The position numbers and the translations under genes are program-made. Shown here piece by piece: positions 24,761 through 26,897 of a stretch of DNA of 26,897 nucleotides (position 1 is its first letter; every line of letters starts with the position of its first letter). This DNA comes from Hormoscilla sp. GTDB taxonomy: Bacteria > Cyanobacteriota > Cyanobacteriia > Cyanobacteriales > Desertifilaceae. The stretch spans positions 1 through 26,897 of the forward strand of contig JBFRWI010000154.1 of assembly GCA_051439505.1 (NCBI GenBank), read 5' to 3'. The notes below the pieces were generated by a model. It was not told the origin of the DNA, ran no database searches, and saw nothing but the letters and a program-made list of their open reading frames with translations.

Positions 24761-26897
24761 ATGTGGCTAAAGCTGACAACACAAATTAGACAGGTCCGAG
24801 GCGTAATGGCGATCGCTACCCTGGTAACGGGAAGCATCACGGTCTTGGGATTGACTGGCAGTTTTCAACTGTTAGAATGGGCGGCCCTAGATGGAATGTT
24901 TCGCCTGGGTCCAGTGGAGTCAACGGACCCACGCATTATGATTGTGGCGGTGACGGAGCCCGATATCGCTAAAACCGGGCAATGGCCGATACCCGATGCC
25001 GTGCTAGCTCAATTGCTGAAAAAAATCAAAGCTCAGCAACCGAGAGCCATTGGCTTGGATATTGTGCGGGATTTGCCAGTGTCCCCCGGCACTAGGCAGC
25101 TAGCCTCGGTGTTCGAGTCTACTCCAAATCTGATTGCCATCGAGAAGGTTTCGGGCGATCGGGTTGGGTCGCCACTCCTTCTCCGTCTGCGGAACCAGGT
25201 GGCGATCGCGGATCTGATTGTAGATGCAGATGGCAAAATTCGTCGCAGCTTCCTGTCTATTAGACCCTCTGACGGTCGCACCAAATTAAGTTTGGGGGCG
25301 AAGCTGGCTTTGATCTATCTAGAAACCGCTGGTATTACTCGGCAAAGTCTGGATGTGAACAAGCAGCAATATGCATTGGGTAAAGCTATATTTGCACCCT
25401 TTGAAGGCAATGATGGCGGCTATGTCCGTGCTGAAGATCGCGGTTACCAAATCTTGTTGAACTTTCGCCGATCGCCAGAAAGGTTTCTGACTGTATCCAT
25501 GACTGAGGTACTGGAGAACCGCATTCCCCCAGACCTCATGGGCGATCGGCTGGTTTTAATTGGCACCAAAGCAGCGAGTGTCGGCGACTTTTTCTACCAT
25601 CCCTACGGTCGAATTGCGGGAGTGGAAATTCATGCCCATATTACCAGTCAGATATTGAGTGCCGCCTTGGATGGGCGACCGCTAATTCAAACCTTACCCG
25701 ATGTGCTAGAGTGGTTGTGGATGTGCTTCTGGTCTGGGTGCAGTGCCAGTTTCGGGTCCCTTTTCCTCAAGCGACAAAGGCTGGCCCTTGGTGGTATATT
25801 GATAGTCGGGGGTAGTGCGATCGTTAGTTCCTATCTGGCTTTTATGGGAGGCTGGTGGCTGCCTGTATTTTCTCCCCTGCTAGCCATTGCTGGCTCTGGG
25901 GTTTTGAGTATTGGCTACATTCTCTTGTTAAACCTAAAAAAGTCCTATCGGGAATTAGAAAATTATGCCCAGACCCTAGAAGCTAAAGTCAAAGCACGGA
26001 CAAGGGAATTAGAAGAAAAGAGCGATCGGCTGGCAGCACAAACTCGAGAACTCGCCCAAGCTAAAGCTGCGGCAGAAGTTGCCAACCAAGCCAAAAGCGA
26101 GTTCCTGGCTAACATGAGCCACGAACTTCGTACCCCCCTCAACGGCATTTTAGGTTATGCCCAAATTCTCGATCGGCAAAAAAGCCTTACCCCCAAGCAA
26201 AAACAAGGCATTGGCATTATTTACCAATCTGGAAGCCACCTGCTGACCCTGATTAACGATATTCTCGACCTCTCGAAAATAGAGGCGAATAAACTAGAAC
26301 TGTACCCCCAAGACATTAATTTTCCTTCCTTCCTACAGGGCATAGTAGAAATCTGCCGCATCAAAGCCGAAGAAAAAGGAATTACCCTTACCTATCAACC
26401 CCTAAACCAACTCCCCACCGAGATTAATGTCGATCAAAAACGCCTGCGCCAAGTCTTACTGAATCTTTTGGGTAATGCTATCAAATTTACCGATACGGGC
26501 GGCGTAACTTTGCAAGTGACGGCCCTCGATCGCAGTCACTTGCCAGAGGGAGAAAAAGAACGTTCGACAAGTACCAAAGTCAGATTTCAGATATCAGATA
26601 CTGGGGTCGGCATGACCCCAGCAGAATTGGAGAAGATATTTCTCCCTTTTGAACAGGTAGGAAAAAAATCCCGCCGTTCTGAAGGCACTGGATTGGGATT
26701 GGGCATTACCCAGAAAATCCTGACCCTCATGGGGAGTGAGATTCAAGTCGAGAGTACCCCCGGAATGGGCAGCACATTTTGGTTCGATGTTGACCTCAAA
26801 GCAGCATTAGCACCCATTACAACCCAGATGACATCAGCAAGCAATATCATTGGCTATGAATCTCAGGAACTGACGCAGAAAATCCTGATTGTTGATG
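24761..26897 (+). CDS. CHASE2-domain hybrid sensor histidine kinase (partial; runs off the window at the start of a receiver domain)
   Basis: Absent from the ORF track; translated by hand at three in-frame checkpoints from ATG 24761: [15 protein letters not shown]...[14 protein letters not shown]...WPIPD (CHASE2), hydrophobic helices, [38 protein letters not shown], ending KILIVD. Confidence 0.92.
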   Translation, partial: MWLKLTTQIRQVRGVMAIATLVTGSITVLGLTGSFQLLEWAALDGMFRLGPVESTDPRIMIVAVTEPDIAKTGQWPIPDAVLAQLLKKIKAQQPRAIGLDIVRDLPVSPGTRQLASVFESTPNLIAIEKVSGDRVGSPLLLRLRNQVAIADLIVDADGKIRRSFLSIRPSDGRTKLSLGAKLALIYLETAGITRQSLDVNKQQYALGKAIFAPFEGNDGGYVRAEDRGYQILLNFRRSPERFLTVSMTEVLENRIPPDLMGDRLVLIGTKAASVGDFFYHPYGRIAGVEIHAHITSQILSAALDGRPLIQTLPDVLEWLWMCFWSGCSASFGSLFLKRQRLALGGILIVGGSAIVSSYLAFMGGWWLPVFSPLLAIAGSGVLSIGYILLLNLKKSYRELENYAQTLEAKVKARTRELEEKSDRLAAQTRELAQAKAAAEVANQAKSEFLANMSHELRTPLNGILGYAQILDRQKSLTPKQKQGIGIIYQSGSHLLTLINDILDLSKIEANKLELYPQDINFPSFLQGIVEICRIKAEEKGITLTYQPLNQLPTEINVDQKRLRQVLLNLLGNAIKFTDTGGVTLQVTALDRSHLPEGEKERSTSTKVRFQISDTGVGMTPAELEKIFLPFEQVGKKSRRSEGTGLGLGITQKILTLMGSEIQVESTPGMGSTFWFDVDLKAALAPITTQMTSASNIIGYESQELTQKILIVD

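Noticed and set aside
1..26897. CRISPR array, tRNA/rRNA, transposase or integrase genes
   Set aside because: No regularly spaced repeat-spacer array, RNA gene signature or recombinase motif was seen.

Overview
Chromosomal window from a cyanobacterium, judged by dense HIP1 GCGATCGC sites, a heptamer STRR tract and AGAAACCGGGTTTCT / GTAG-type palindromes; a filamentous Oscillatoriales-like host is an inference. Left to right it carries: a 1799-aa Ser/Thr kinase-AAA-GAF-histidine kinase; two DUF29 paralogs near three toxin-less antitoxin-like genes (AF2212/DUF104-like, HicB with a decapitated hicA, UPF0175); tenA (TenA_E type); an Uup-like ABC-F; a Mo-dependent-nitrogenase-C-terminal-domain gene behind a hairpin-rich leader; a nucleoside hydrolase; a MerR-thioredoxin-permease cassette; hemL; hisIE; and a four-gene module (TPS/haemagglutinin-domain exoprotein, exported TPR-CHAT protease, DUF928, CHASE2 hybrid histidine kinase, the last cut by the window end). 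Most notable: (1) the 2.4-kb MerR cassette is bounded by a 59-bp direct repeat duplicating the hydrolase 3' end, with no integrase, and both junction genes have altered C-termini; (2) the exported caspase-like signalling module; (3) a two-hairpin REP-like element present four times with covarying stems, one copy translated in-frame; (4) a candidate structured RNA leader. All calls come from reading motifs by eye; no searches or folding were run.
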